64,000 nt of DNA. It comes from Scenedesmus sp. PABB004. Taxonomy: Eukaryota. The translations under genes and the position numbers were made by a program. Position 1 is the stretch's first letter, and each line of letters begins with the position of its first letter. Location: positions 186,001 through 250,000 of the forward strand of contig JABVCE010000031.1 in NCBI GenBank assembly GCA_014905635.1. The letters are read 5' to 3'. Of the stretch, positions 21,615-33,107 are shown in pieces. Below the pieces are notes generated by a model. It was given only the letters and a program-made list of their open reading frames with translations, had not been told where the DNA came from and did not search any database.

Positions 21615-24221
21615 ATGCAGCAGCCGGTGCAGGTGACGGTCGGGGAGTACGTTAACGAGTTCTTCCGCAAGTACCGAACGCGCGCCTATGGCAAGAGCAT
21701 CGCCGCCAACGCAAAGGGAGGAGCCGAGGCGCTCATGGGTGCGCGCGGCGGCGCGCCGCCTGCAGCGGCGCCAGGCGCCGGGCCGCGCCGCGCCGGCCGC
21801 CCCGTCGCTGACCACGCGCCCGCGCCCGGCGCAGGCATGCTCAAGCTGGTGCTGTCCAAGGGCGGGCGGGAGGAGCTGCGCATCGCGCTGCACTGCTTCA
21901 AGGACCAGATCGCCGCCGCGCTGCACGGGTGCGCGGCGCCGCGCTGCTCGCCCGCGGCGGCGCCGGCCGCAGCCCCGACGGCGCTGACCCCGCCCCGCCC
22001 CGCGCAGGCCGCTGCTCAGCCGCCACACCGCCGTGGAGGAGCTGTTCGCGGTGCGGCGCGCCGCGGCAGCGGAGCCACGCGCACGCGCGCCCGCTCGTGG
22101 CGAGCAGCCGCGCGTCGCACGTGCCCACGCGTGCTCACACGCGCGCGCCCGCGGCCCGCTGTGCGCGCAGCTGCTGGCCTCGCTGATCGACGCCGCCGAG
22201 CGGCTGCGGCAGTTCAGCCCAGTCAAGGAGAGCATCAGCGCGGCGGTGCTGGAGGAGGTCCGCTGGCGCCTCTACCGCGTGGTGTGCGCGCACCGCCGCA
22301 CCGCAGCCGCGCCGCAGCGGCGACGGCCGACGCGCCACGGGCTGCACGCGGGCGCGGCTGCAGGCGCTGCCGTTCCGCCGCCGCCGCCGCTGCTGACGAC
22401 GACCCGCCGACGCGCCGCTTGCGCCGTGCAGGTCGTGGGCGACGCGTTTGTGGAGCAGGCGGAGGTGCGGCGCCGCGCGCTGGACATAGTTTTCACCGCA
22501 TACATGCGCGAGCAGGCGCTCACGGCGCAGCAGCAGGCGCGCTCGCGCCAGCTCGCGGCCGCGCCGGGCGCGGCGGCGGCGGCGCCGACGGCCGCGGCCG
22601 CGGCGGCGGGGCCGACGGGCGGCTCGGCGACGTCCGCGTCGTCGGGGCGCTCCGGCTCGCCGCGCAAGCTCATGCAGCACCTGGGCATTGCGGGCGGCGG
22701 CCGCCCGGGGTCGCCGAGCAAGGGCAGCCGGCTCGCCTTCCGCAGCGGCGCGCTGGCCGGGCCCGACGTGGGCAGCTGGGAGGGGCTGTGGGGCAGCCTG
22801 GCGGCGATGAGCGGGAGGCGAATGCTCCCGCTGCTGCAGGTGCGCGGCGCGGGCGCGGGCGGGGGCGCGCAGCGAGGCGGGCGGGGTCCCGGGGGCGGGC
22901 GCGCCGGCGCGCGCGGCGGCAGCCGCGGTCCGCCCGACCCGCCCGACCCGCCCGCCCCGCCTCCCCGCCCGCCCGCCGTGCCCAGTCTGTGATGGTCGAC
23001 CACTACCAGGGCAGCAGGCACATTGCCGGCTCGCCCGCGGCCGCAGCGGCGGCGGCGGCGGCGAGCAGCAGCAAGGCGGCGGCCAAGCAGCAGGCGGCGC
23101 AGCAGACGGTGCAGCAGCACGCGCAGCAGCCCGCGCAGGCGCAGCAGGCGGCGCCGCCGCTGGCGCCACTCAGCCGGGACGCGAGCGGCAGCTCAACCTC
23201 GGGCGCCGCCGCCGCGGCCGACGCCGCGGGCGCCGGGGGCGGCCGCAGGTCGCTGGAGCAGGCGCCCGCGCCGGGCGCTGAGCAGCAGCAGCGCTGTGCC
23301 GGCGGCGACGGCGGCGCGGGCGACGGCGACGCCCCGAGCGACGCGGGGCGCGCGGCCGCCGACCAGCCTTGCGAACCGCTGCCGCGGCAGCCGCCGCAGC
23401 CGCAGCGGCAGCAGCAGCGGCGGCAGCAGGCCCGCAAGTCCAAGCCGGGCTTCAAGCAGCGTGCGCCGGGCGGGGACGCGGCGGCTGGCCTCGACACCGC
23501 GGGCAGCGGCAGCGACGGGGACGCAGCGGCGTCCGACGGGGACGCAGCGGCGTCCGACGGGGACGCAGCGGCGTCGGGGTCGCCGGGCTCGCCGGACGCG
23601 CTGGTCGTGAGCGCGGCCTGCGCGCCGGCGGCGGGCGACAAGCACACCGCCGCCTGGCTCAGCGCCGCCAGCAGCTTCTGCGCCGCGGACGCCAGCTCCG
23701 GCGGCGGCGCGCCGCCGGTGGCGCTCACCGCGCGCGCGGCGGGCGCCTCGGCCGACACCGACGGCGACGGCGGCGTCGCGAGCCCGTGCACCAGCCCCAC
23801 CAGCGGCCGGCGCGGCCTGGTGGCACGGCTGCGGGGCATGGGGGAGGGCGTGAAGGAGAGTGTGCGCGAGATGCGGGGCGGCCTGGCGGCGCGCGAGCGC
23901 GGCGACCGCAGCGACGCGCCCAGCGGCGGCGGCGCCGCGGCGAGCGCCGCGAGCGGCGGCGGCGGGCCCGGCTGGGTGCCGCGCGGCTGGGTCAAGTTCG
24001 GGGAGAGCCACGGCGGCCACAAGGGCGGCGGCAGCCCGCCGGGCGACGCGCCCGGCGCTGCCAGCCCGCGCGCGCAGGCTGGCCCGGCAGCGGCGGCGGT
24101 CGGCGCCGACGCGGCGCCGGCGTGCTTTGCCGAGGAGGCCGCCGACTGGAGCAGGTGCAGTGGGGCAGCGGGCGGCGGCGCCGCGGCCCTCGCGCCCTCG
24201 CCGGTCGTCAAGACGTCGTGA
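21615..24221 (+). CDS. Hypothetical protein, about 6 exons, helical N-terminal domain and long low-complexity C-terminus
   Basis: Coherent splicing: MQQPVQVTVGEYVNEFFRKYR..ALM|GMLKLVLSK..LHG|PLLSRHTAVEELFA|LLASLIDAAERL..LYR|VVGDAFVEQ..LLQ|SVMVDHYQG..VVKTS*. No family recognised. Confidence 0.7.
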   Translation: MQQPVQVTVGEYVNEFFRKYRTRAYGKSIAANAKGGAEALMGARGGAPPAAAPGAGPRRAGRPVADHAPAPGAGMLKLVLSKGGREELRIALHCFKDQIAAALHGCAAPRCSPAAAPAAAPTALTPPRPAQAAAQPPHRRGGAVRGAARRGSGATRTRARSWRAAARRTCPRVLTRARPRPAVRAAAGLADRRRRAAAAVQPSQGEHQRGGAGGGPLAPLPRGVRAPPHRSRAAAATADAPRAARGRGCRRCRSAAAAAADDDPPTRRLRRAGRGRRVCGAGGGAAPRAGHSFHRIHARAGAHGAAAGALAPARGRAGRGGGGADGRGRGGGADGRLGDVRVVGALRLAAQAHAAPGHCGRRPPGVAEQGQPARLPQRRAGRARRGQLGGAVGQPGGDEREANAPAAAGARRGRGRGRAARRAGSRGRARRRARRQPRSARPARPARPASPPARRAQSVMVDHYQGSRHIAGSPAAAAAAAAASSSKAAAKQQAAQQTVQQHAQQPAQAQQAAPPLAPLSRDASGSSTSGAAAAADAAGAGGGRRSLEQAPAPGAEQQQRCAGGDGGAGDGDAPSDAGRAAADQPCEPLPRQPPQPQRQQQRRQQARKSKPGFKQRAPGGDAAAGLDTAGSGSDGDAAASDGDAAASDGDAAASGSPGSPDALVVSAACAPAAGDKHTAAWLSAASSFCAADASSGGGAPPVALTARAAGASADTDGDGGVASPCTSPTSGRRGLVARLRGMGEGVKESVREMRGGLAARERGDRSDAPSGGGAAASAASGGGGPGWVPRGWVKFGESHGGHKGGGSPPGDAPGAASPRAQAGPAAAAVGADAAPACFAEEAADWSRCSGAAGGGAAALAPSPVVKTS

Positions 24222-24544
24222 GGCGACCGTGCAGCGCGGCGCGGCGCAAACCCGACCCGCCCCCTTATTCATTTGGAGCTAGGCCCCTTTGCTTTCTAGG
24301 CCCTTTGCTTGTTAGTGGGCGAACTCACACGCGGCAAGCAGAAGCATTGCGGGGCGGCGCGCGCTGCCCCGGCGGCAGACTGCAGAGTGTGGCTGCGGGG
24401 CGCGCTTGGGGGCGTGACTCTCTGCGTGTGCGACGGGCGTTCCGAGTGTTGCGCGGGCTCGCTGCGCAGGGCTGCGGCCCGCCCGGGCCATGACCTGCGG
24501 CTGTCCGAGGCGGGTGCCAGGTAGCTCGGGCGGCCGGCCGGGGC

Positions 24545-24574
24545 TGTGTGTGTGTGTGTGTGTGTTTGTGTGTG
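24545..24574. repeat. (GT)n microsatellite
   Basis: Directly visible. Confidence 0.9.
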
Positions 24575-24635
24575 CGCGCCTTGTCGTGGGCTGGCTCGCC
24601 AACAATCGAGTTGCCGCACGCCCGCCCGCAAGACG

Positions 24636-26587
24636 TCAGAGCCTGCTGCGCGCTTCTCCAGCGCCGCCGGCCGCCTCCTGCCGCCGCTGCTCCGCCGCCA
24701 GCGCGTCTTGCAGCGCCGGCTTGACCACCTTGCCGCTGCTGTTGAGCGGCAGCGCAGGCAGCGCCGCCAGCAGCCGCGGCAGCTTGAACGGCGACAGCCC
24801 CAGCGCGCGGCAGTGCGCCTGCAGCTCCGCCGCGCCCACGCGCCGGCCGCCGCCGCCGCTGCCGCCGCCGTCGGCCCACGTCCAGCCCGGCGCCAGCACC
24901 ACGCCCGCCGCGACGAGCTCGCCGAGGCGCGCGTGCGGCAGGCCCGCCGCCGCCGCCGCGCGCACGCCCGGGTGCGACAGCAGCGCGGCCTCGACCTCGG
25001 ACGCGTGCACGTTCTCGCCGCCGCTCCGGATCGTGTCCTTGGCCCGCCCCAGCAGCCACAGCGCGCCGCGCGCGTCGAGGTAGCCCAGGTCCCCGGTGCG
25101 CAGCCAGCCGTCGCGCGTGCGTGCGGCCGCGCTGGCGGGCGCGTCGCGCCAATACCCCTGCATCACGTGCGGCCCAGCGCTCACCACCTCGCCCACGCCG
25201 CCGCCGCCGTCCCCGCCGCCGCCGCCGCCGCGCGCCGGCGCGTGCCCGGGCGCGGGGTCGACGCGCACGCAGACGCCGGGCGCGGGCCAGCCCACGCACA
25301 CGCCGGCGCCGCCGCCGGCACCGCTGCCACGGGCCGCGCCGGCGGCCTGCTGCTCCGCGAGGGGAATGAACGTGAGTGAGCTGGAGCACTCGGTCATGCC
25401 GTACGCGGTCAGCAGCTCCGCGGCGGGGAAGAGCGCGGCCGCGCCGCGCGCCAGCGCCGCGCCCAGCCCGCCCCCGCCGACCAGCACGCGGCGCAGGCTC
25501 GGCAGCGCCGGCGGCGGGCCGGGCGGCGCGCCGGGCGCGCCGCGCCGCTCGCCAGCCGCCGCGGCGGCGGCGAGGTCGGCGACCATCGTCGGCACCACGA
25601 TCAGCGCGCTCACGTGGTGCCGCATGATGAGCGACAGCGCCGCGGCGGGCGTGTAGCTGCGGGCGGCGCGGCGCGGGGCGGGGCGGGGCGGGGACGGGGC
25701 GCGCGTGAGCAGCAGCGCCCTGCGCTGCGCGGCTCCCCGGCCGCCCCCCCTGCCGGCGCCGCCGCCCCTGCTGCGGCCGCCGCCGCCGCCGCCGCACACC
25801 GCGGCAGGAACACGTGCGCGCCGCCCGCGAGCAGCAGCGCGAGCGCGGAGGAGAGCCCGCCGACGTGGCAGAGCGGCGGGACGTGCAGGTAGACCTCAGC
25901 GGCGCAGTAGCCGACCACGGCGAGCTTGGCCATGCCCTGGTGCAGCAGCGCGCCGTGGCCCAGCACCGCGCCCTTGCTCGCGCCGGTCGTGCCGGACGTG
26001 AAGCACACGACCGCGCCGCCGGGCGCCTCGGACAGCGGGCCGGGCTGGCGCAGCTGCAGCGCCGGGCGCGCGCCCGCGCCGAGCGCGGCCGCGCCGGCGG
26101 CCGCGAGCGCGCGCGTGTCGGCCGGCCGCGCCGCTCCGCCCGGCGCCGGCGACTGCCGCGCCGCCGCCGCGTCGCCCGGCGGCAGCAGACGCAGCTGGCG
26201 CGGCGGCGCGCGGAGGCGCGCCGCCGCCGCCGCCGCGAGCGGCGCGCACGCGTCGTCGACAAGCAGCACGGCCGGCTGCGTGAGCTCGAGCGCCGCCGCG
26301 AGCTCCGCCGCCGACCAGCGCCAGTTGAGCGGGCACGCGAGGCCGCCCGCGTCCAGCGCGGCGAGCAGCGCCACCAGCCAGGCGTCGCTGTTGTGGCCCA
26401 GCAGCGCGACGCGGTCGCCGGGCGCGAGCCCGAGCGCGGCCGAGAGCCCGCCGCTGAGCAGCGCCACAGCGTCGTGCACCTGCGCGCCAGAGAGCACGCG
26501 GCCCTCGCACAGGAAGGTCGGACGCCTGCCGTGAGCCTGCGCGAGGGCCAGCAGCGGCGCCGCGAGGTGCGGCGCGGCGGCGCACAT
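24636..26587 (-). CDS. AMP-dependent acyl-CoA ligase, likely o-succinylbenzoate-CoA ligase (MenE/AAE14-like), with C-terminal PTS1
   Basis: PLNWRWS, FTSGTTGASKG, YLHVPPLCHVGGLSS, AYGMTECSSSLTF, GWLRTGDLG, GRAKDTIRSGGENVHASEVE, LPLNSSGKVVK. Ends in SRL*. One intron at about 25658-25799. Confidence 0.85.
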
Positions 26588-26951
26588 CGCCGCTGCGCCG
26601 CTCCCGCTGCCGCGCGGCGCCGGGCCGGGCGCGCCGCGGGGGCGGTCGCGGCCACGCGCGAGACGTGTGCGCGGCTACGGGGTCTCCGAACGGGCACGCC
26701 AATTGGCGCGGTCGCGGCCCCGCGCGCGGCAAGAGCCAGCGGCGGCGGCGGCGCGTGCCTAAACCGCTCCACGCGCTCGATTGGCCGCGCTGCGCGCTGC
26801 GGCGCCCTCACAGTGTGACTCCCTTCCTTCCTGGGTCGCGGCAGGCCGCCACGCAGGCGCACGCAGGCGCCGCTGGGAGGCGGCGGCTGTCGCGCAGCAG
26901 CAGCAGCATCAGCAGTGCCCCCCAGGGCGCACCCCAGCCCGGCTCCCCATC

Positions 26952-28938
26952 ATGGCGGCAGCGGTGCAGGACGGCGTGGGCGTCGCGGCTGCACAGGCCG
27001 CGGCCTGGCGCCTGGCGGCACGGCGGCAGGCGCCCGCGGCGGTCGCGGCGCTCGAAGCGGCAGGCGCGCTCGACCTCGGCGCCGGGCTGTGCCTGGCGGC
27101 GCTGGCGGGTGCGTGTGCGCGCACCGCGCTCCTGCTGGCGTGTGCGAGACGCCGGCCCTGCCGCGCGCACGCTGACCGCGGCCCCCGCCCCGCCCGCGGC
27201 GCGCGCAGGCGGCGAGGCGCGCTGGGCGTGCGCGGCGGCCGCGCTGCGCGCCGAGGCGGCGGCCAAGGGCCAGACCAACCTCGCGGCGATGCTCGCCCTC
27301 GCCCTGCACGACCCGCACGGCGCGGTCGCCACGTACGCCGCCGCCGGCTGCCTCCGGGAGGCGGCGGCGGTCGCGAGCGCGCAGCTGCTGCCCGCCGACC
27401 CAGCGGCGGGCGCGGCGCGGCGCGGCTACGCCGAAGCGCTGCTGGCAGCCGCGGCGGCGGCGCCTGGCGACGCCGCTGCTGCTGCTGCTGCTGGTGGTGC
27501 GGCTGCAGAGGAGGCGGCGGGGGGCGGCGACCCGGGCGCTGCGCCGCCCGCCGCGGCGGCCGGCGGCGGCGCCGTCGCCTGCCCGGAGGCCGCGGCGGCC
27601 AACCTCCTGCTGCTGGGCGAGCCCGCCGCGGCGGCGCGCGCGCTGCTCACGGGCCGCGCCGGCGACGGCGGCAGCGCGGCGCACGCGGCGGCGCGGGTGG
27701 CGGCGCTGGCGGCGGCGCACACGGCGGGCGCGGATCATCAGGAGCTGTGCGCGCTCGCGGCCGAGTGCAGCCTGCGCGCGGCGCTGGCGGCGGGCCCCGG
27801 GCAGGCGGCGCTCGTGGGCGGCCTGACGCAGCTGCTGCAGCCGCTGGCGGTGGCGTCGCGGCCCGCGCTGGCCGCGCTGCTGGTGCTGGACCTGGCGCTG
27901 CAGCTGCGCGGCGTGCTGGCCCGGCTGGGCGCGGCGCCTGGGCCTGCCGCGGCGGGCGCAGAGGGCGTGGACGGCTGCAAGGCCCAGACGGCACTCGCCG
28001 CCGCCTGGCAGCAGGCAGGCGGCGCCCAGCAGCCCGCGGCGGCCGCCGAGGTGGGCGCCGCGCTCGCGGCGCTGCTGGCGCAGCTGCCGGAGGAGGCGCG
28101 GGAGCTGGCGCGTGCGCGCGCGCCGGGCGAGCCGTGCGGGGCCGGCGAGCAGCAGCAGGAGGGGCAGGCAGTGGGGGGCGCAGCGGCGCTCGCGCTCTGC
28201 ACGGCCGCGGCGGCCACGTGCTGGGCGGCCCAGCTGCAGGCGGCAGCGGCGGGCAGCGGCAGCGGAGCAGAGGCGGCAGCGAGCTGGGGCTTGCTGTGGC
28301 AACAGCGCGTGGCGCCGCTGCTGCAGGCGGCGCTGCAGCAGGCGCGGCAGGAGCCGCCGCCCGCGCCCGCCGGTGCGCCCGCGCGGCGGCCGGCGGCGGG
28401 GCGGCCGCAGCCGCCTGTCGCCGGTGGCGCCGCCAGCAGCGCGCGCGGCGACCAGCCGGACGCGGCGCCCCGCGGCGGCCCCCGGCTTTGCTACAACAGG
28501 CACCAGCTGCTGCGCCTGCAAGTGACGGTGCAGCAGCAGCACCCCGCGGCCGTGGCGGCGCTGGGGCAGCAGCTGGAGGGCACCGGCGTGCCGTTGCAGG
28601 ACGCCGGCAGTGGCGGCAGCGCGGGGCCGCGGGGCCCGCCGCCGCCGCCGCAGCCGCAGTGGCAGCCGCCGCCGCCGCCGGCGGCGCAGCCGCAGCCGCA
28701 GCCGCAGTTTCTGCCGCCGCCGCCGCCTCCGCCCCCACGCCGGCAGCCCCTGCCCCCGCCGCCGCCGCCGCCGCCACCTCGGCGGCGGCAGGCCTACAGC
28801 CAGGAGCAGCTGCTGGGGCTGCGCGGCGCGGGTGCGGCGGAGCAGGTGCAGGTGCTGCAGGCGCTGGCGGCGGCGGGCGCGCCTGCTGCCGGCGGCGACG
28901 GCTGCGGCGGGTGCGCGGGGGGCGTCGCGCCGGCCTAG
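26952..28938 (+). CDS. Gemin5 TPR-like helical domain protein lacking WD40 repeats, with two YxxxxLL motifs and poly-Pro
   Basis: ATG 26952, intron about 27109-27208. LAALA|GGEARW..KGQTNLAAMLALALHDPHGAVATYAAAGCLREAAAVASAQLLPADP resembles the Gemin5 central TPR-like region (AASHLL..AVELL..YREAIAIAKARLRPEDP, from recall). Confidence 0.6.
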
Positions 28939-29118
28939 GCTCGCTAGGAGGGGCGTGGCGATGTGAAACCGTTGCACGCAGCGAGACACCTGGCCGCAGC
29001 GCGCGCGCGCGCGCGCGCGCGCGTCGTAGCGCGAGCAGGTGGCTGCAGCGCCCAGCTGCGCGGAGGCCCCTCCCTGCGCAGCCAGCCGCTGCCCGTGCGT
29101 GTGTGTGACGGTCGGCGC

Positions 29119-30177
29119 TCACAGGCGCAGGTTCTTGATGCCCTCGCTCGTGCTGCGCCGGCCGCCGGCCGGCGCGGGCGCCGCGGGCGCCTCGCCCGTG
29201 CTGCAGCGGGCGGCCGGGATCCGGCCGTCGCCCGTGGTGCGGCGGCTGCCGGCGCCCGAGCCGGGCGCGTGCTTCACGCCGCGCACGTCGGCGCTGCTGC
29301 GGTCGCAGAGGCCCGCGAGGTTGGTCGGGTCCATGTCGACGTTGGTGGGGCCGCCCTTGCCGTACACACCTGCACGCGCTCGCGGTGCTGCGCTCAGTGT
29401 GCGCGCAGTGTGCACGCGCTCGCTAGCGCTCAGTGTGCGCGCAAGGAGGGGTGGAAAGGTGTGAGAGCGGCGCCCGCACCTGTGTACAGCGACTTGTCGT
29501 CGTGCCACTTGACCGCCTCCGCCTTGGTCCCGCTGTCCTGCGGCCCGCCGCAGCCCGTGACAACCGCGACGACCTCGGCCAGCGAGCAGCCCTGCGCGCG
29601 CCCAGCAGCGAGCGGGCGTGCTGGGCTCGCGCGCGCCGCGCGCTGTGCTGTGCTGTGCGGCGGCGGCCTGCGGGCCCCGGCGGCCGCCCGCGCGCGCCTT
29701 CTTGGCCGCCACGCCATCGAGGGCGCGCATGAACTCGGGGAACGTGATCTTGCGCGCGCCCTTGGCCTTGACCTTGGCGAAAAGCAGGTCCACGTCCGTC
29801 GTGGTCAGCGCCTTGCAGAGAAGCTTGGCATCCTTGCAGAGCTTGATGAAGTTCTTGCCCTCCATGTCCACGGCGCGCTGAATGGGAGGAGGGAGAGCCG
29901 CCGGCGGTCAGCCCCGCCGCGCGCTGCTAGCGCGGCCGCCCGCGCGCGCGCACCTGAGAGCTGCCGAAGCTGGCAAAGGCGTAGAAGGCCGCCTTGAGCT
30001 CGCCTGCGCGCGGTGTGGCGCCGCTGAGCGTGCGGCGCGTGCGGCGGCGCGGCGGCCGAGCGCTGCTGCTCGTCACGCGGCGCGGCGCGGCCCCGGCGGC
30101 GGCCCTCCGCGCGCTCCGGAAGCGCGGAGAGCCATACGAAGGCTCTCACCCTCGGTAGCGGGGTCGAGCTGCGCCAT
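29119..30177 (-). CDS. Tubulin polymerization-promoting protein (TPPP/p25-alpha family)
   Basis: LKAAFYAFASFG, MEGKNFIKLCKDAKL, TTTDVDLLFAKVK, ITFPEF, WHDDKSLYT|GVYGKGGPTNVD, DRSSADVRGV. Confidence 0.93.
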
Positions 30178-30377
30178 GGCGCGCGGCGGAGCCGGTCAGC
30201 ACTCGGTCGATCAACGCTCAACTCGGCGAGCTGCACGGACGGGTGTGCGACGCCTGCCGCGCGCCGGTCGGAGCGAAACCAAGATCTGCCGGCAGCCGAG
30301 CGGTCGGCGCGCGCTCGACGACGGTCAGGTCACAGACCGGCCTCTCGCGCTCACTCGCTGCCGCCGCCCGCGCGGCC

Positions 30378-33107
30378 TCACGCCACGTGCGCGTTAGGGA
30401 TGGTGGACGCCACGGGGCCCCGGCTGGTCATGAAGGGGACGCCCTTGTACGTCGGCGTGCCCTCTGCGCGCGGCGGCGGCGCCACGCCAGCGGCGGCCGC
30501 GTCGGCGCGGCGCCGCACGCGGCACGCGCGCCTCGCGCCCGCCCCCGCGCCCCCGCGCGCCCCGCGGCGCCGCACCGGCGTTGGTCGTGAGGTCGGGGAA
30601 AAGCCGCTCCAGGATCTTGCGCTTGGGGTTGACCTCCTCCAGCGGCGCGCCCCCAAAGCTGCGGCGCGGCGCGGCGCGCGTCAGCGGCGCGGCGCGGCGC
30701 GCGTCAGCGGCGGGGCGCCGCGCGCCCGCGCCCGCGCGCCCGCGCCGCCCGCGTCTGCACGACTGCGCCCGCACTGCCCGCGCCCGCGCCGCCCCCGCGC
30801 ACCCCTCAAACGTGACGCGCTCGCCGTTGGGCACGCCCTCAGGCGGCGTGATGGGGTCCACCGCGTCGTGCGCGTCGTTGGAGGCGCACAGCACCTGGCG
30901 GCGGCGGCAGCCGCGGCGGCAGCTCAGCCGCCCGGCGGGCGGGCGCGGCGCGGCGCGGCAGGCAGCACTGCGGCCCCACACGCCCCGTCAGCCGCGCGCC
31001 GGCCGGCGCCTCAGATATTCTCAAACTTTTCATGCACCGCGCAGCGGGGCGCCCCGGGGGGCGCCCCTTGCGAGCGATGTGGTGTCATCACCGGCGGCCG
31101 GCGGACGCGCGGGCAACCCGGCGCGCGCGCAACGGTAAACCGACGCAGGCCACCAGACCGACCGCCAGACGCACAACGACACAGACGCACAGCAGCGCCC
31201 AGCGCCGCCCAGCCACGTGGCGCGAGCATGCGCGAGCGCGCCGGCGCCGCCTCACCATGCCGTAGCTCATGACGTCGCGCATCTTGGCGGGCTTGAGGTT
31301 TGTCACCACGACCACGCGCCGCCCCTGCATCGCCTCGAGCGGCACAAAGCGCACGAGCCCGCTGATGATCTGGGGGGGGGGGGGGGGGGGCGCGGCGGAC
31401 GCGGCGCGGCGTGAGCGCGCGCCCCGCCCAGCGCGGCCGCCGCCGCCGCCGCCGTGCTGCCGCCGGGCGCGAGCCGGGCGCCGGCCGCGAGCCGGCCGCC
31501 GGCCGCGAGCCAGCCACGACTCCGCAAACACGCGTGCTGCGGCCACGCACACGCGCACCCACACACACACGCACGACCGCGCGCACCTGGCGGGGCTTGT
31601 CCTCGCCGACATCAATCTCCTCCAGGTACAGCGCGTCGGCGTTGGGGTGCTGCTGCACCGACACGATCGTGCCTGAGACGACGACACAGGGGCATGGCGA
31701 CGCGGCGTGCGGGTCGGGCGCGCGGCGCGCGGGGCAGTCGCAGCCGCCGCTGCCATCGCCGCTGCTGCAGCGCGCTGCGTGCTGTGTGCCGCGCCGCGCC
31801 GCGCGCCTCACCCACGCGGATGTCCAGCATGTCAATGCGCGCCTCCTCCGCCTCCTTCTGCTTGCCACCGCCGCCAGCTGCGGCCGCTGCGCGCGCGGGG
31901 CGACGGGCGGCGCAGCAGGCGGCGGCGCGGCGTGGGGCGGGGTGCACGGCGTGGCACGGCGCGGCCGCGCGGCGCGTCCCCGGGCCAGGGGCGCAGCGAC
32001 AGCCGGCCAGCCAGCCGCCCCGCCGCTCACCGGCTGCCTTGTCCTTCTTGCCCTCCTTCTTTTTGCTGCCCGCCTCGACCGCCGCCGCTGCGCCTGCAGC
32101 CGCGCCCGCCGCCGCCGCGCCCACCGCGGCGACCGCTGCAGTGGTCGCAGCGCTGCTGCTGCTGCTGCTGCTGGGCGCGGCCGCCGCCTTGTCGCCCTTG
32201 GCCGCCGCCTTGTCGCCGCCCTTGGCCGCCGCCTTGTCGTCGCCGCCCTTGGCCGCCTTGTCGGCCTTCTTGCCGCCAGCGGCCGCCTGCGGCAAGGCAT
32301 GGGGCGCGACGTGCGGGCGTGAGGCCGTGCGCACGGCGCTGCGCGGGGGCGCGCGGCGCGGAGCCCGCCGCGCGCGCACCTGGCTGCCGCCGGACGGCGC
32401 CGCCGAGCCCGCCTTGCTCGCGCGCTCCGCCGACGGCGGCGGCGGCGGCGGCACGAACGCGGGGAGCACGATCGGCACGCGTGCGAACTCGCCGCCCGCG
32501 TCGGCCGTGTGCTGCAGCAGGTCCAGCCAGCGCAGCAGGTTGGTGAACGCGCCCGCCTGCGCGCCCGGCAGCGCCGCGACCGCGTCGTGCACGAGCCCAA
32601 ACGCGACCAGGTCGGCCAGGGTCAGGTGCGTGCCGCCGGCGAGGAACGTGCGCGGCTCGAGGTGCGCGTTGAGCCGCGCCAGCGCCTCGTCGCTCACGGC
32701 CGACAGCTCGGTCGTCGCGTGCGTGAGCCACTCCAGGACCTGGGCGGCGGCGCGGCGGGCGGCGGGCGGAGGGCGGTCGGCGGCGCCCGCCGGCGGCGTG
32801 TGCAGCGCGGCGGCCCGCCGCAGCAGCGCCGCCGCCGCCCGCGCCGGCCCGCGCGGGCGCTGCGCCAGCCAGCGCCGCTCGCCTGCGCCTTCTCCGACGG
32901 CGTGGCGCCCAGGAGCTGCTCGGCCTGGGCGCTGGCGCGCGCCAGGGACTGCGCCACGGGCACCAGGCCCGCCACCACCTCGCCGCCGAGCTCCAGCTGC
33001 ACCACCGCCGCCCCTGCCTGCTCGTCCACCTCAACGCCGGCGTAGCGCGCCACCAGGCGAGCGGTGGCGCCCGGCGCGCCCTCGGGCGCGCCCAGCTTCG
33101 CGCTCAT
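30378..33107 (-). CDS. Arc1p/AIMP1-like aminoacyl-tRNA synthetase cofactor (GST-like N domain, Lys-rich linker, EMAP II-like tRNA-binding OB domain)
   Basis: LNAHLEPRTFLAG..LTLADL..NLLRWLDLLQ; KAAKGGD repeats; LDIRVG, HPNADALYLEEIDVGE, IISGLV, NLKPAKMRDVMSYGM|VLCAS, GERVTFEG, YKGVPF. Confidence 0.88.

Noticed and set aside
23508..23575. 21-bp tandem repeat (SDGDAAA x3); also 36-bp repeats at about 37240-37350 and poly-Q/poly-G codon runs
   Set aside because: Ordinary coding low-complexity expansions.
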